A program made the position numbers and the translations under genes. A stretch of DNA of 63,780 nt, the filler included, from Basidioascus undulatus (taxonomy: Eukaryota): the NCBI GenBank assembly GCA_000826855.1. It is 12 parts of 12 records of this genome, joined end to end, with 100 filler letters (N's around TTAATTAATTAA, not from the genome) between each part and the next. Parts side by side here need not be neighbours in the genome. Positions count along the whole stretch, not along the records: positions 1 to 24,415 come from JTLS01000240.1; 11 more parts are not named here. One strand, 5' to 3'. Below are positions 1 through 13,284 of the stretch, one piece after another; position 1 is the stretch's first letter, and each line of letters opens with the position of its first letter. The notes below the pieces were generated by a model. That model was not told where the DNA came from and ran no database searches. It saw nothing but the letters and a program-made list of their open reading frames with translations.

Positions 1-411
1 TCGGCCTCCTCACCCGCCGCATCCACCACCCGCCGAAGACCATCCACAGCAAGCGGGGTCGTCACACCCCCTTCCGCGCTGCCCTATTCGTCCCCGCCCC
101 TCGTCCCGCCCATCCCCTTCCTCTCCTCCTCCACGTCCTCCTCCACCATCCACACCCTGTCCAAGAAAGAGCGCGAGGCGCTCGCCAAGCGAGAAAAGGC
201 GGAGGCCAAGGCGGAGAAGGCGCGGGACAAGGCCGAGGCGCAGCGGGCGGCCGCGGAGGAGAAGCGCGAGCGCGCGGTGTCGCGCAAGACGATGGCGCCC
301 ACGCGCAAGCTCAGCGTGTCCATGAGCATGGGCATGGGCCGCCTTGTCGGCCGCGGTCGCGATCGGAGCGACGCGAGCGGCAGCGGCGGCGGCGGGGCGA
401 GTGAAGGTTGA
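1..411 (+). CDS. 3' end of a hypothetical protein (Ser/Pro-rich, charged coiled-coil), partial
   Basis: Frame 1 is open from base 1 to TGA at 409-411: ...LSKKEREALAKREKAEAKAEKARDKAEAQRAAAEEKRERAVSRK...; strong GC3 bias. Confidence 0.55.
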   Translation, partial: SASSPAASTTRRRPSTASGVVTPPSALPYSSPPLVPPIPFLSSSTSSSTIHTLSKKEREALAKREKAEAKAEKARDKAEAQRAAAEEKRERAVSRKTMAPTRKLSVSMSMGMGRLVGRGRDRSDASGSGGGGASEG

Positions 412-1001
412 CGCACGCACGGGCTCGGACGGATCTCCGCTATCTTTCTCTCTCTCCTTTTCTGACTCTCGCAGGTACCCACCACATTGTAGCCTTTCCT
501 CACCTTCTTACAGCGTGTCGCTTGTCTCGTCACACCACACGATACCTCGTTGTTCAACTATTACCTGGACGTCTTCTTGACAGACGACGGTGCTCTTGCC
601 TTCTCACCTGCCCCATCATCATATCTTACCTTTGCGTTTACCCTGCCTACCTCTGTCATGTTCTGTCATTTTCCACCCCTACACCGTGAATGTCTGCATG
701 CTCCGAATAGCACCAAAATCCCTTGTACACCACCGCGGAATCGCAATGCGCCTCACTTGCTTGCTCCCCGGCGTGCTGTCGTGTTGGCGTGTAAAAACAG
801 ACAAGTGCATATTGTTGGGACTACTTGATCCTGTCTTTCAGGACATTTCTTGCCTTTTTCATGTTTCCGCCGAGTCACGGTGTTGAGCGCCACAGCTTGC
901 GGGACAGTCGGACGTGTGAAGAGAGCTGGCTTTTGCTTTGTATCCAATGGGACAATGCCCACAAAGAAAGCTCAGACAGCGAATTATTACTTCTCAACCG
1001 G

Positions 1002-1287
1002 CAGTTGTACATAAGATCAGCCTTGCCGATGTAGACGAGCGCCCACCGGCATCGAGAAACTCGGGGATGATCTCCGCGGAGTTGTGCATCGAGTCGCCCT
1101 GGACCATGTTGTGTGCACCGTAGGCCATGTAAGTGCAGTCCAGTGTGAAGTGTAAAAGGGGAAGAAAGCTAACAATGCCCGGTTGATGTCAAGGTTGCAG
1201 GATTGGAACTCCAGCTTGTCCGGCACGCCCAGCTGCTCCTTGACGCTCGCCTGGTTGAGGTACGTCTGGATCCAGCCCATCTCATGT
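1002..1287 (-). pseudogene. Decayed partial duplicate of the serine carboxypeptidase gene (two exon pieces plus the intervening intron)
   Basis: Aligns by eye to ~5541-5830 ([37 protein letters not shown] vs [37 protein letters not shown]). The intron is retained, there is a small frameshifting deletion near 1040, and no other exons flank it. Confidence 0.85.
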
Positions 1288-4200
1288 ACCGCGCTAAAAC
1301 CCTATGTCCCATCGGTTAATTGCAACTCTAAGAAGAACCAGTGTTTAGGGGGAAGCCCCGCACCTTGTAGCCCAAGTCGTCCTTCTTGTGCCATCTGCTC
1401 CATCGGATGGTCTTTGTCTAGCATTCCCTTGAGTTCTCACTGTCTGAATACCTTTGGTAAACGTTTCTTGATAGAATTTTCCATGTCCAAACAATCAGAA
1501 GTTGACTATGTCTTGCACCGCGACCGGTTAAAATTTAGACTGCTGTAGGCAGGCTGTGACACCCCTTATATTGGTTGGATTGCCGAGCTTGCGACATGGG
1601 CGGGCTCTGGGTTGCGACCGTATCAAAATTACGCTCCAGAAAATTTAGAGGCTGAAAGGTCCTTTTATTATTTAGTGTCGAGGGCAGCTGACTGCAGGCA
1701 GCACACTGTAACCTGCTTCGCTTGGCACATCTGCCTCTTGCTCCGTAGAACACTGACTGTACGCATACCTCGCCTATTCAGTTTGTTTTTCCAGATCAAC
1801 TTAAAGTAAGCGGCAGTTGCCTAGTGGATGGGGCTGGCATCCCTGAGCAATGATGGAACTGGGGAAGGACTGGTGTGACATGTGACGGTGGAACAGCTTT
1901 AGGGAGATCAGCATGAACTGGGCTATGGATCTGATTTGTAGGTGCGCTCTTTTTGAGCCTCTGTGGAGCCTAACTTCTGTGGAGCCTACCTTTCAGATGA
2001 AGGGGATATTGCTGTTCGGCGGAGTTATGCGAGCCATGAGGTCAGGTCTTCCTGTTGTGAAAAGTATGCCACAATCCATGCCTGTCGTCCTGTCGGACCT
2101 TTTTGAGGGGAGATGGCATTAAGAGTCGTCCTATCTTCCTATTTTAAAACTTGACTCCAAATAATGTATTGGGCACCAGCCGGGTAATTCGCTTGGCACC
2201 AGCTGGTTGATTTGGCGCTGCAGGGCTTTGGTCAAAAGGCAGGTGGGTATTTGCGGCTTGCCGTGTACCAATTAAAGCCTACCTTCAAGACCACAGACCA
2301 CTATTTTGAAAGTGTTTTGGGAGCCCAATTGCCCTGTTCAATTTGGTGAAAGAAAGGCCGATGCTGTACGCGGCAGTACCGATTCCCCGCCGCTGTACCG
2401 AGTGTGCCATAACATCTTCATTCCCTTGTGCAGTACCACCGAAGGGATCCAACCTCTCTTAATTCGGTTATACATAGCATAAATCACCGCGGTCCAACAG
2501 GCTGTCCACCTTTGTGCCCAACAGCACCAGCAGCTGCCACAGGCAATGCTCAAGCAGCGGCGGTCGGTCTGCAAGGATGGCCTTGACGCCTACAAGCATG
2601 GGCTTGTAAGCTTGAGGGGCCTGGTTATAACTAGGATAAATCTTATCCTATCACTACCATGGTAGCGATGGCATTGGAGCAAGAAAGTAAGGAATTGCCC
2701 AGGAGTGTCAGTGTGCAACAGCATGAACCTCCATACAGACGCAGTTTGTCAAACCTGCAATGGTTTAATGCTGCTTGTTCACACCGGAAAAATAAAGGGA
2801 AGCCTATCAATGCTCCAAGTGTTCCTTTATACGTCTGTCTTCCCTACCATTATCAAAGACAGTCGTTTTTCTGCACAATCCCGGGTAAGCATCTAACGCT
2901 CGATGGCTCGTGAAACCCGCCCACAATGGTATTTGCCACTCCTCCTCAGGAGTAAAGCGCCCTTCGAGATCTCAAATCTCCACTTAATGAGATGCCAGGT
3001 GACGCACGACTTCCGCATTCAAGGCCGCGTCTCGTCGACATCCTCCCGGCTGGCTGCAGACACTGGCCTTCAGGCTCGATCACCCCCTCAGCGGCTGCGT
3101 AGATCAGTTGCTTGAGTTGATTACACACAAAACGTATTCTATCGGTCGAATGTACGACCAAAGTGACTACCGAGGATTTGTCGAGACTGTCGGATGCGCG
3201 AAGCCTGCTTGGCTGCGGCGCGCGGGTGTGTAACTTCGCAGTGTACTCAGCTCGCAAGCATCTCGTCGAGTAGGTCATCAATGAGGTTTTTGTACCCAAA
3301 AGTTCCTGTTGGGGATATCCGGGGGAGCGGCAGAAGCCTGATATTGCGGGTATCCGCATGGCCAGCGCAACGAGAAATGAGGCATGGATGTTCTTTGCAG
3401 AAGCTTCTATCGCACAGTAATCTGTTCCGGATTCTTCCTTGCGGCTCACAGCATGTTCTCTGCAACGATGTCAAGACGTGCCGGTCGAAGTACAACAAAG
3501 CGCATTTCTCGGGGAGGCCACCCATCGGGAAGCTTGGTCGCGCTGGGCGGGCGGGTGTCGGGCCGAATATATTGCCCTGCACTCTTGAACCAATTGCTCG
3601 TCATGGTTGGTCTGAGCTGAGACTTTGTCTCAGGACTCGCTTGGTACTGCAACGAGCCCTCACCGGCCAGCGCCGGCAGCCTCGCGTGCCCGATCTCCGC
3701 CTTCTCCTCCCCTCTCCACCGTCTCTCCCACCCATCCATCCCCAATTCATACTCTAGACTAGCTCCTAAGCTATACAGAAAGTCACAGAACTATCTATAC
3801 TAGAAATCCCCGCCAAGCAGGTAGGCGGGGTTTGGGAGGAGAAGAAGACATGTCACACAGGGGGATCAGACGCGTCCTGTGGAGGAGATGCACTGGGGGA
3901 CGTTGTTCACTGAGGGGCACGATCCTGGACACCCTTATGCGGCGAGTCCAAGCAAGGTCCACGACTCCGCCCCAGGCTCCTGCGCCCACGCTGACCCCGC
4001 TGTGCCGCCCGCCGGCCGCGAGCCCGGAGAAAGGGGAGGAAAGGGGGAGAGGGTACGTGCAGAAAGATCAATGGCTGGTGTCGATACGCGTGGATAAAAT
4101 GAAGGGCGAAGGAAAACTCCAAGATTGACCGGCAGCCAGCTGCAGCGAATGCGGAGGAGATGGTGGTCGGAGAGAGGCAGTGGCGACTGATCTGTGAAAC

Positions 4201-5033
4201 GCGGGGGCGGCGGTCGAATGACTGGCACAGTCGTTGCTTCCCGACGTCAGGAGGGTTATAGTTCCCAAATGCAAAAAATAAACATTTGCTTTCAAATGCT
4301 TTCAATGACTCCATCATGAGGGTGGATCACTCCTGTCAATGTGGCCGCTTGGGCGTCGCAGGCGATTCTGCCATGTCGAATTCATACATCATGCCCAGGC
4401 TCTACCGCTCCAACTCCCCAGATCCTCCGCCACCTTCCTCACCATGCACTTCCCAGAGAAAGCCGAAATACCTCGATCATTCATCCCGCTGATGTTTCTC
4501 TACTCAGCGTCTCTTCCTTCCCCTTCTCGAAATCCTCAACGGAGCTCACGAAGGACGCGCACCAACAAATCGACCGTGGCTCTTCAAACAACTACGCATC
4601 AACGACATTAGCCAGCAGCACGGCTTCTAATGGACAGCTTGAATCGTAGTTTGTAAATAATCCGTAACGACCGTCACTTCGGCAGGCGAGCCGAAAGGAC
4701 AGCGTGGCTGGAAGCGGTTGGCATTCTGACAGTGAATGGGGAAGCGACGAAATAACGCAAGACGGTGTGATGAAGAGTCGCGTCCACATATGTGCCTCGT
4801 GTGGAGGATGGACAATGTTCTGCAAGAAAATGCACGACGGTTGACTGAGCATAGCAAAGGCAAGCGCAAAAGTGACAGACATCGAACGTCAACACGTCGT
4901 ACATTTCCCTTTCCCACCCGTGTACAGTCCAAGCTGGTATCCATACATGCTCGTGTGAGTCCCATTCTCATTCCTAACCCGCCAGCTTGCCCTCGCTCCT
5001 GTACTTCTCTTGATTGATCTACACCCGAGGCCA

Positions 5034-7828
5034 CTACTCCTGCGGCTTCGCGGCGAGGTAGGGGACGTTGTGGACCCAGCTGAAGTTCCGTAGGTGTAAA
5101 GTCAATCATCGTGCAAACGGGTGACAGAATGAGGTGGAAGAAGACACGGAACATACCGAGAGAACAAGTCCAGCGCGGCAACGGGCTGGTCCATCGGGAC
5201 TGTGATCCATCCAACGTATCAGCCACCCAGCTCTCGTATTTCAGCAGCAAGCTCGCACAACTTACCCATGTGTCCGGCCTCCTCAATCTCCAGGAAGGTG
5301 AAGTTGCCCGCCGTCTTGAGGGACCCGCCGGCGGAGCGGAAGTGGCCGGCCTTGCGGCCATCGGCGAGCGTGTAGTATGGCTTGTCGGTCTGGTTGTTGA
5401 GCTCGGTGTGGAACGGCGAGTCAAGGGCGAGAACCCAGGCCTTGTTGCCGATCTGTGGGACGCGCGAAATGAGTCTCCAGACGTGGGAAGAGGAGCGAGG
5501 GTGATGTGAGGACTGGAGCGGAAGGGTGACTGAACGCACGTAGTTGCACATGAAGTCGGCCTTGCCGGCGTAGACGAGCACGCGCACACCAGCCTCGAGG
5601 AGCTCGGGGATGACCTCGGCGGAGTTGTGCATCGAGTCGCCCTGGCCCATGCTGTGTGCACCGTAAACCACGTAAGTGCAATTCTTTGTGAAATATACAA
5701 GCGGAAGAAAGCTTACAATGCCCGGTTGATATCAAGGTTGCAGGATTGGAACTCCAGCCTGTCCGGCACGCCCAGCTGCTTCTTGACGTCCGCCTGGTTG
5801 AGGTACGTCTCGATCCAGCCCATCTCCTGTGCCACCAACGTCCCTGCCGTCAGCTTGCTACTTGAAAGGTAACTAGTTTTCAGGCGAAACGCCGCACCTT
5901 GTAGCACAGATCGCCATCCTTCTGGCGGTCGCACTTCTTGCGCACGTCGTACGGGTTCAGGCCGAGGTTCTCGAACGGCCCGTAGAGCTGGCCATAGCAG
6001 TAGAGCGCGGCGGGGAGGCTGCGTCGCGGATTCCAATCCGATCAGCATGCTGACACTGAAATGAGGGAGAGGAGGGAAACACACCAGGTGAAGCGCGAGT
6101 TGGTGCTGTAGCACGTGTTGATGAGGCGCTCGCACGTCTGCGCCTTGGTCTGCAGGCTCTGGCACTCGCTGCCCTCGGGGTCGAAGACCTTGTACGGGCC
6201 GTGGCACGCGTAGTCATAGACCTTAATTGGAGTGCAAGTGTCAGTGCAGCACTCTGGATAAGACCGCGTAGCCATACACACCTTCGGCAATTGAGCTACG
6301 CGTGCTCGCTCTCGTCAGTTCCCATTGTTCTCAAACCGACCGAGTGCATCAAATGAAATGAAAGGGAAAGAAACGGTGAGGAAAGTGATGGGGAAAGAAC
6401 AAAAGAGAAGGGAAAGGGAAAGGGAAGGGAGGGAAGGAAAGGCAAAAGGGGGAGGCACCAACGCACCCTTCGGGTCCGTCAACCCGTTCCCAAGCAAAAT
6501 GCTCTCAAGCTTAATCTCCTTGACCTCGTCCCTCCCGCCCTTCTGCGCGCTGAGCGCCTGCAGCGCCCCGCGCGCAGCGTTGTGCTTGTGGATCGTGCTC
6601 GCGATGAGCGGCGCGTACCGGCCGCCGTACGACTCGGCCGCGATGGAGAAGGGGAGCGAGGCGTACTCTCCGTAGTGCGAGAGGAATAGCTGGAGGAAGG
6701 CGTACCTGTGCGATTTCGGGGGGTGAGTGGGAGGGAGGGGGAAGGGGAAGGGGGAGAGGACGGACACGTCTTCGGCGGCGACGGGAGTGGTGTTTACGCT
6801 GTCGGACTCGGAGTAGGAGTAACCGACGTTGACGGGCTGGTCGAGGAAGATGATGTTTGCGTTCGAGTTCCAGGAGTAGGGGTTGCTGCCGTGCGGAATG
6901 CGTCTCGTCAGACATCCGCTTCTAGGTGGTATGATCTGGGGAGAACGCACACGACCGTGTCCTTGCCCCCGTGGGCAACGGAGCAGGGGCCGAGCTCAGC
7001 CAAAAGACCTGTGCGAGTGGGAAAGACACCGGTTGTCGGTTAGGGGCTGCTTCGGTTGGCACGACCCTGCCTGTCTACTTACCGGTTGAGGAGCTGCAGC
7101 CCGGCCCGCCGTTGAGCCAGAGGACGAGGGGGTCCGTCTTGGGCGACGTACGCGACTCGAACCTGCCAGGTAAGGGACGATCTCAGCCGACTGAATCCGA
7201 ATGGGTTGGAATGCGGAAATGAGGTACATCCAGAAGAATAGATGCCGGGTCGGCGAGATGTCGATGTAACCTGATGAGAACAAGGGAGGAATCATTCAAA
7301 GATTAGAGTCATTTAAGGATGACAATTACAGGAGGCAAGCCGGGGGCGGGAGGGGACGATGAGAGCGCAACGCACCGGAGATCTGCTTCACGGAGGGGTC
7401 GCAGAGCTTCGGCTCGACGAGGCGGATCTGAAATCGAAGAACATTATTCAGTTTACAGTTTTATTCAGAGAGAACCGAATACTACGCACCCTGTAGTCCG
7501 GGAATGCATCGTGCGTGACAACTGTGTCTGTGCCCCCACCATCTCCTATCAGTCCATCTCCATCTCACACACCACATTCAACGATTAACTCACACTTCAC
7601 CTCATCCTGAACCACAAACTGTCCCTCCTTCTTCTTCTCCACGTCGCCGTCGCCGATGAACTGGTGGACGAGCCCCTCGAGGCCCTGCTCGATGAGGCCC
7701 TCGAGCGCGTGCAGCCCCTCGGCCGCGTCCGAGAGCGCAAGCTGGTGCCGCGGGCTTGGGGCAGGCAACGCGGACGTCGTGGAGGCGAGGAAGAAGGGGA
7801 TGAGGGGGATGAGATGGTGTGCGCGCAT
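5034..7828 (-). CDS. Serine carboxypeptidase, family S10 (carboxypeptidase Y-like), secreted/vacuolar, multi-exon
   Basis: Signal peptide [65 protein letters not shown]; catalytic Ser AESYGG, Asp GKADFMCN, His EAGHM; last exon [14 protein letters not shown] (TAG 5034-5036). Confidence 0.95.
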
Positions 7829-8486
7829 TGTGTGTTGTGATGTGGAAGAGAGAGAGAGAGAGCGAAGAGGGGCAGAGGAGACGGGAGATGGTGATCGACT
7901 GGGCGCCGCATGCGGCGATGTCACATGCGATAACTGACAACCCTGCTGTAGGCTGTGATCGTGCATCGACTCATGACTTTCTTTGTCCCCTTCGTTCCAT
8001 GCTTTTTCACTCTTTCATACAACCCAAAGAAACTTACGGAGATGCAATTTGTGCTGGCTGGGTCCAATTTCGAATGCCGAGGATGCTGCTGGCGACTCGG
8101 AGGTTTCCGCTGCAAGGTTGGGAGGCTTTACACGTTTCCTTGCCACGTTTCCATCACTCATCAAAGTTCATCATTCATCAGGCAGTCCTCTGCAAATTTT
8201 GCTTATTGAAACACTCTCTGCATCCGTACGTATATTACGTTTGGTCCATAAAACACTGCGAAACGAGTGCTAAAACTGCCCTCTCGCTGAGCTGCACGTG
8301 ACCCGGCAACCTCAGTCCCGAAACCGATTCGACCGACTTGTCCGGCCGCTCGCTCTTGGATGCTCTCTTGCTCACTCTCATCATCTCCCGTCCTCCTCCT
8401 TACCAACACCTACATTTCCATCCTTTTTTTTAATTGAAACAATCTCCACCTAAACCCTTCCCCCCAAGAAAAATAATCTAGCGACT

Positions 8487-10349
8487 ATGGCCACCTCCCG
8501 GGCAGCCTACGTCGTTTCGTGCGTCCCCTTTCCCTCCTTCCTCCACCGGACCCGCATCCCCAGATTGACCACTAACCTTCTCTCCATCCGCACAGGGCCA
8601 AGCGTACGCCCTTCGGTGCCTTCGGTGGCTCGCTGAAGAACTTCACTGGCGCGCAGCTCGGCGGACTCGCCGGGCGCGCTGCCCTCGCGGAGCTCCCCGA
8701 GGGCGTCAAGATCGATGAGGTCGTGTTCGGGTGCGTGCGGGAGGTGTTCGTTGATGGAGAATGTGGAATCTGACTGGGCGGTGCGATGCGATTTCCAGTG
8801 GTGTCCTCCCCTCTGACCCATCGAGCCCATACCTCGCTCGCCACGTCGGGCATCTCTCCGGCCTCTCCAACACCGTCCCCGCTCTGACTGTCAACCGGTG
8901 AGTCAATTACTGAAGGATTAAAAGCGAAGCTTTTACTTATGGATCTCGTTCCAGCCTTTGCGGCTCTGGAATCCAATCCCTCATTACCGCGACGCACTCG
9001 ATCCTCCTCGGCGAGCAGCACGCAGTCCTCTACGGTGGCGCGGAGAACATGTCGCTGTCGCCCGTGCGTCTCCGTCCAGATCTCACCCGGGCAATGCCAA
9101 CACACAGACCCGTCTGACGTGTTTAAAAATGTTTCTTCAATCAGTACACCCTCTCCGGCTCGAACCGCTGGGGAACCCGGTACGGCGTCGACCTGAAGCT
9201 GCAAGACTCGCTGGCCGCTGCGCTGGTGGACCAGGTGCCGAACCCAACGCCCATGGGCAGTGCGTCCCCTCCCCTCCCCCTTTCCATCCTACCCCAATCC
9301 CAACTCAACCTCCTCCCCTCCTCAGTCACCGCCGAGAACCTCGCCGCCAAATACGGCATCACGCGCGCTGACTGCGACGCGTACGCGCTGCAGTCCCAAC
9401 AGCGGTACGCGGCGGGCCTGGCGGCCGGTGCGTTCTCCTCCGAGATCATCCCCGTTACGCTCCCCGCGCCGAGCAAGTCCAAGCCGGCCCCGCCGCCGCT
9501 GGAGAAGGACGAGCACCCGCGGCCGAAGACAACGCTCGAGAGCCTCGCCAAGCTCCCCAGCGTGTTCAAGAAGGACGGCGTCGTCACGGCCGGCAACGCG
9601 AGCGGCATCTGCGATGGCGCGGCGGCCGGCGTCGTCGTTAGCGAGGAGGCCCTCGGCAGGTACGGGATCAAGCCGCTGGCGAAGATTGTCGGGTACGGCG
9701 TGAGCGCGTGCGATCCAAGCATCATGGGCATCGGGCCGGTGTGAGTGGACCCTTTCGACTCTTTGCACTGTTGCTCAGGCCCCGCTGATAGCTTTGTGCG
9801 CGCAGTGAGGCGATCAAGCAGGCTCTCGGACGTGCTTCCCTCAAGCTGGACGCCATCGACTTGATCGAGTACGTTGGGCCGACCCGTCTCTCCTCCCCTC
9901 CTTCCTTGTCCGCTTCCAATCCATTTCTCACACCTCCACTTTGCCCTGCCAACAGGGTCAACGAGGCCTTCGCCGGCCAGTGGCTTGCGGTGCAGAAGGA
10001 GCTTGGCCTCGTGCGTCTTCTCTCTCTCAATATACGCAAGCACACGCTGATCTGCTTACCTGATAAACAGGACAACAACAAGACGAACGTCTTCGGCGGT
10101 GCCGTCGCGCTCGGCCACCCGCTCGGTACGTCCCTTCTCTTCCCTCTCCCTCCTCCCCCTTCCTTCCCCTGTTCCACTCCCGCGAACCGCTGCTGATGTA
10201 TGTGCCTCGCCCAATGAACAGGCGCCTCCGGCGCGCGCATTGTTGCCAACCTGACGCACAACCTGCACCGCCTCAACAAAAAATACGCGATCGGCTCGGC
10301 GTGCATCGGCGGCGGGCAGGGGATTGCGGTCGTGCTGGAAAGGGCGTGA
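8487..10349 (+). CDS. 3-ketoacyl-CoA thiolase (acetyl-CoA C-acyltransferase, ACAA2-like), multi-exon
   Basis: [87 protein letters not shown]. Confidence 0.95.
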
Positions 10350-11029
10350 TGGGTTGGACCCACAGAGGGAGGGGGATGTTGAGTGATGATGCGACGATTA
10401 GACCTTTTTTGAGCTTGAAGAGCGAGCGTGGATGGTTCGGGAGATCCGGCTTCATCTGAGGCAACGGACTGCCCATACTTTCGGTCCGACAACGCCTTGT
10501 CCCTCCGACAATTATTTGATCCGGCTCACGATTCTCAAACGCACATCCTCGTGTCCGCATCCTCGCGTCCGCAAATCGCTCGCCATAACCACTTTCAACA
10601 TCTCTCGAGGCCGATCCTATACATCGACGGTTTCTCATACTGGTGCGCGCCTGCTTGCGGTGATTACTTGAGGCTCGCGCATTCCCGATCTAGCGCGTTA
10701 TGCAATACTTGTAAGAAATAATCACGATACGAAGTGAACGTTGTGGGTAATGCTGATGCAGTGCGATACGGTGTATGCGAGAATGCTATGGTACGTCGGG
10801 AAACGAGAACGATGAAGCAGCTGAGCCGAACGAAACAAATAAAGAGAATTGGGAGAGGAGGGGCGGAGCTGGCATCGGGGAAAGATACAAGTGGTAGGGT
10901 ACCGAAATGAAGCAGGAGAGGCGAAGGATGGCATGGGGGATATTGAAGTGGTAAAGTAGAGAGAAAGAGAAGACGAAGCACAGAGCGACGGTCGTGTTCA
11001 AAGCAAGTCCTCCAAGCCCCAGCGGCAGC

Positions 11030-13284
11030 TCAGATCCACCCACCAGCCAAAGCCGTCTCCGCGATCTTCTTCGCCCGAGGGCGCCCGTCCCCGACCGCGC
11101 CAGCCCACGACGAGCGAGCGCCGCCGCGGATCCATGCGCCCCCGTCGGCGAGCGCGCCCGTGGAGGCGGTACGCGTGTGGTGGTGGTGGTGGACGTTGGC
11201 GAACGGCAGGCCGGGGGAGAGCGGGAAGGTCGTGCGCGGTTGGGCGGGAGTGTTGAGGAACGCCGAAGCGGAGACGGAGATTAAGAAGGGGTCGTCGGCC
11301 AGCGGGAAAGTCGTGCGCGGCACGGTCGGGCCGTCGGCGGGGACGCGGAGGAAAGGATCGACGCTGAGCTCGAACGGGAAGGAGGCGCCGGTCGAGGTGG
11401 GGAGGAGCGGGAGGCTCGCTGGCGTACAGGGCTCGGTAAAGGGGAGGAGGTACCTGCAGGGGATGAAGGCGCAGAGTCAGTAGGCGAGAAAAGATGGGAA
11501 CGGGCACTGAAAGGCTCAGGCGAGAAGGAGAAGATCACCCCTTCGTGCCCGTCCATACGCCCGAACTCTGCAGATCCTCAGGCGAGACCCGCTCGAGCCC
11601 CCGACCCCAGCCGCCGACCGCGCTCTCCCACTCCTCGCTCTCCGCCACGCTCCCCGGGCTCCACCCGAGCTCCGGCAGCGGCGCGTCGTCGAGCCTCGCC
11701 CTGATCGGCGGCGGGGGTGTGCGCGGCGCCAGGGGCGGTGTCCAGAGCGGGTGGAAGCCCGCGTCAGCGGCGTCCCACGCGCTGCTCGGCTCGGGCACGT
11801 CGTCCGAGACGGTGCTCGCGGTGGTCGCCACTGACAGCCGGCGTAGGTCGAGCTCGGGCGTGGTGGGCGGGAAGGAGGGTGCGAGCGCGTAGGGATGCGC
11901 GGGCAAGGCAGCGGGCGTGGGCGTGGGTACGGGCGAGCGGATGAAGATCAGATCGTCGGTCGCTGCGAGCGCGGAGGGAGGCGCGACCGAGGAGGGGGAG
12001 GAGGTCGGCGAGCGGTGCTGCCCGTTTCGGCCCTTGAGCGAGCGGACGACGAGGGACAGCATCGCGGTTGCGAGCTCTTCGGTGACTGTCGAGTGGACCT
12101 GCGAGACGGGAACGCGTTTGACTCAGTAGCGTATTCGGAAGGAGATTGGAAGAGGGAAGGTAGCATGTGTCAAAGGCCAAGACGCACGACGATCCGGATC
12201 GTGCCCGTCAGCCTCACAGCACCCCTGGTGAAGTCGCTCGCCGGCCCGGCCTCACGGACATAGCGGTTCGGCTCGCGTCTGCGGAAATCCATCCTTGCCT
12301 TCGAAACCCAGCCATGTCAGTACGCAGTGGACCGATTAACCCTGACTCGGGCGGGGAGGACAGGAAGGATTGCGCAACGCACCCCCTCGATCAGCCCCAG
12401 CTCAAAGACGCTCTTGCCCGCAGAGAGTCGACGCTCGAGCAAACGCTCGTAATGGGGGTGGTGCGGCTCAGGCAGCTGCTGCTCGTGCTCGGGCGCGGAG
12501 GTGCCGCTGCCGTTGCCCGAGGACGGGGCGCTCATGCGGAGGGACGCGATGCCGTCGAGGGGGATCACGAGCTGGAGACGGAGGAAGGATGTCTTTAGAT
12601 GCCGACCGTGGGACAGAATGGGATTAGTGGGGGCGTTGGAGGGAAGGCTAACCTCGTGCAGCCCGTCGTCGAGGAGGAGACAGACGCTCCCGCCCTCGCG
12701 CAGGCGGAAGCGGAACTTGAGCGAGCCGCGGTCGAGAGACCCTTGCCAGAGGAGTGGCGGGGCGAGCGGGTCGCCGCGGGCGTGAAAGGAGATAAACTGT
12801 GGGTTTCGGAAGGCGTCGAACCTGTTAGAGCGAGGGGACGCAGGCGTAGGTTGGGGAGGAAGCAGAGACGCACTTGAGCGTGGATGTCGTACTGACATTG
12901 CGACGATTGAGTCAGTCGAAAGAGCTCGGAAAGGAATGAGGGAGGGTGGGGGAGGGACGCACAACGACCTTGCCCCGCGTCGGGCGGCGAGAGGTGGATG
13001 AAGTCGGAAGCGTGAGCACGTGCTGCTGCTGGAAGCGCGGCGGGCGCTGTGGCAATGTCGAGTTCATCGTCCCGTTTTGGAAGAGTTGCGCTGAAAGTAG
13101 TGCGAGAATGCGGAGATAGATTCAATGCAGGCTGAGAGGCGGCCACGAAAGGGGCAGCGTCAGCCTCGGTGCGTCGCTCCTCGCTCCCGCTAACGTACGA
13201 ATGAGGTATTAGAGATGCGGTACGATGCTGTGAGATGCTAGTGTCTGGAGTGATGCTGGGTTGCTGACGAGGGGTAAGGAGCAT
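11030..13284 (-). CDS. Hypothetical Pro/Ser-rich protein, multi-exon; start uncertain
   Basis: Chain of GC3-biased exons with GT-AG introns (..SLKFRFRLREGGSVCLLLDDG..FLRLQLVIPLDGIASL.., ..VHSTVTEELATAMLSLVVRSL.., ..NVHHHHHTRTAS..GGWI*); no family recognised. Confidence 0.5.

Noticed and set aside
2900..4650. Overlapping 100-190 aa ORFs
   Set aside because: No recognisable domain or consistent splice pattern; may be decayed gene or TE sequence but cannot be called
9141..10492. Long antisense ORFs over thiolase (also over DIP2, TFG1, HD1)
   Set aside because: Shadow ORFs caused by high GC3 codon bias
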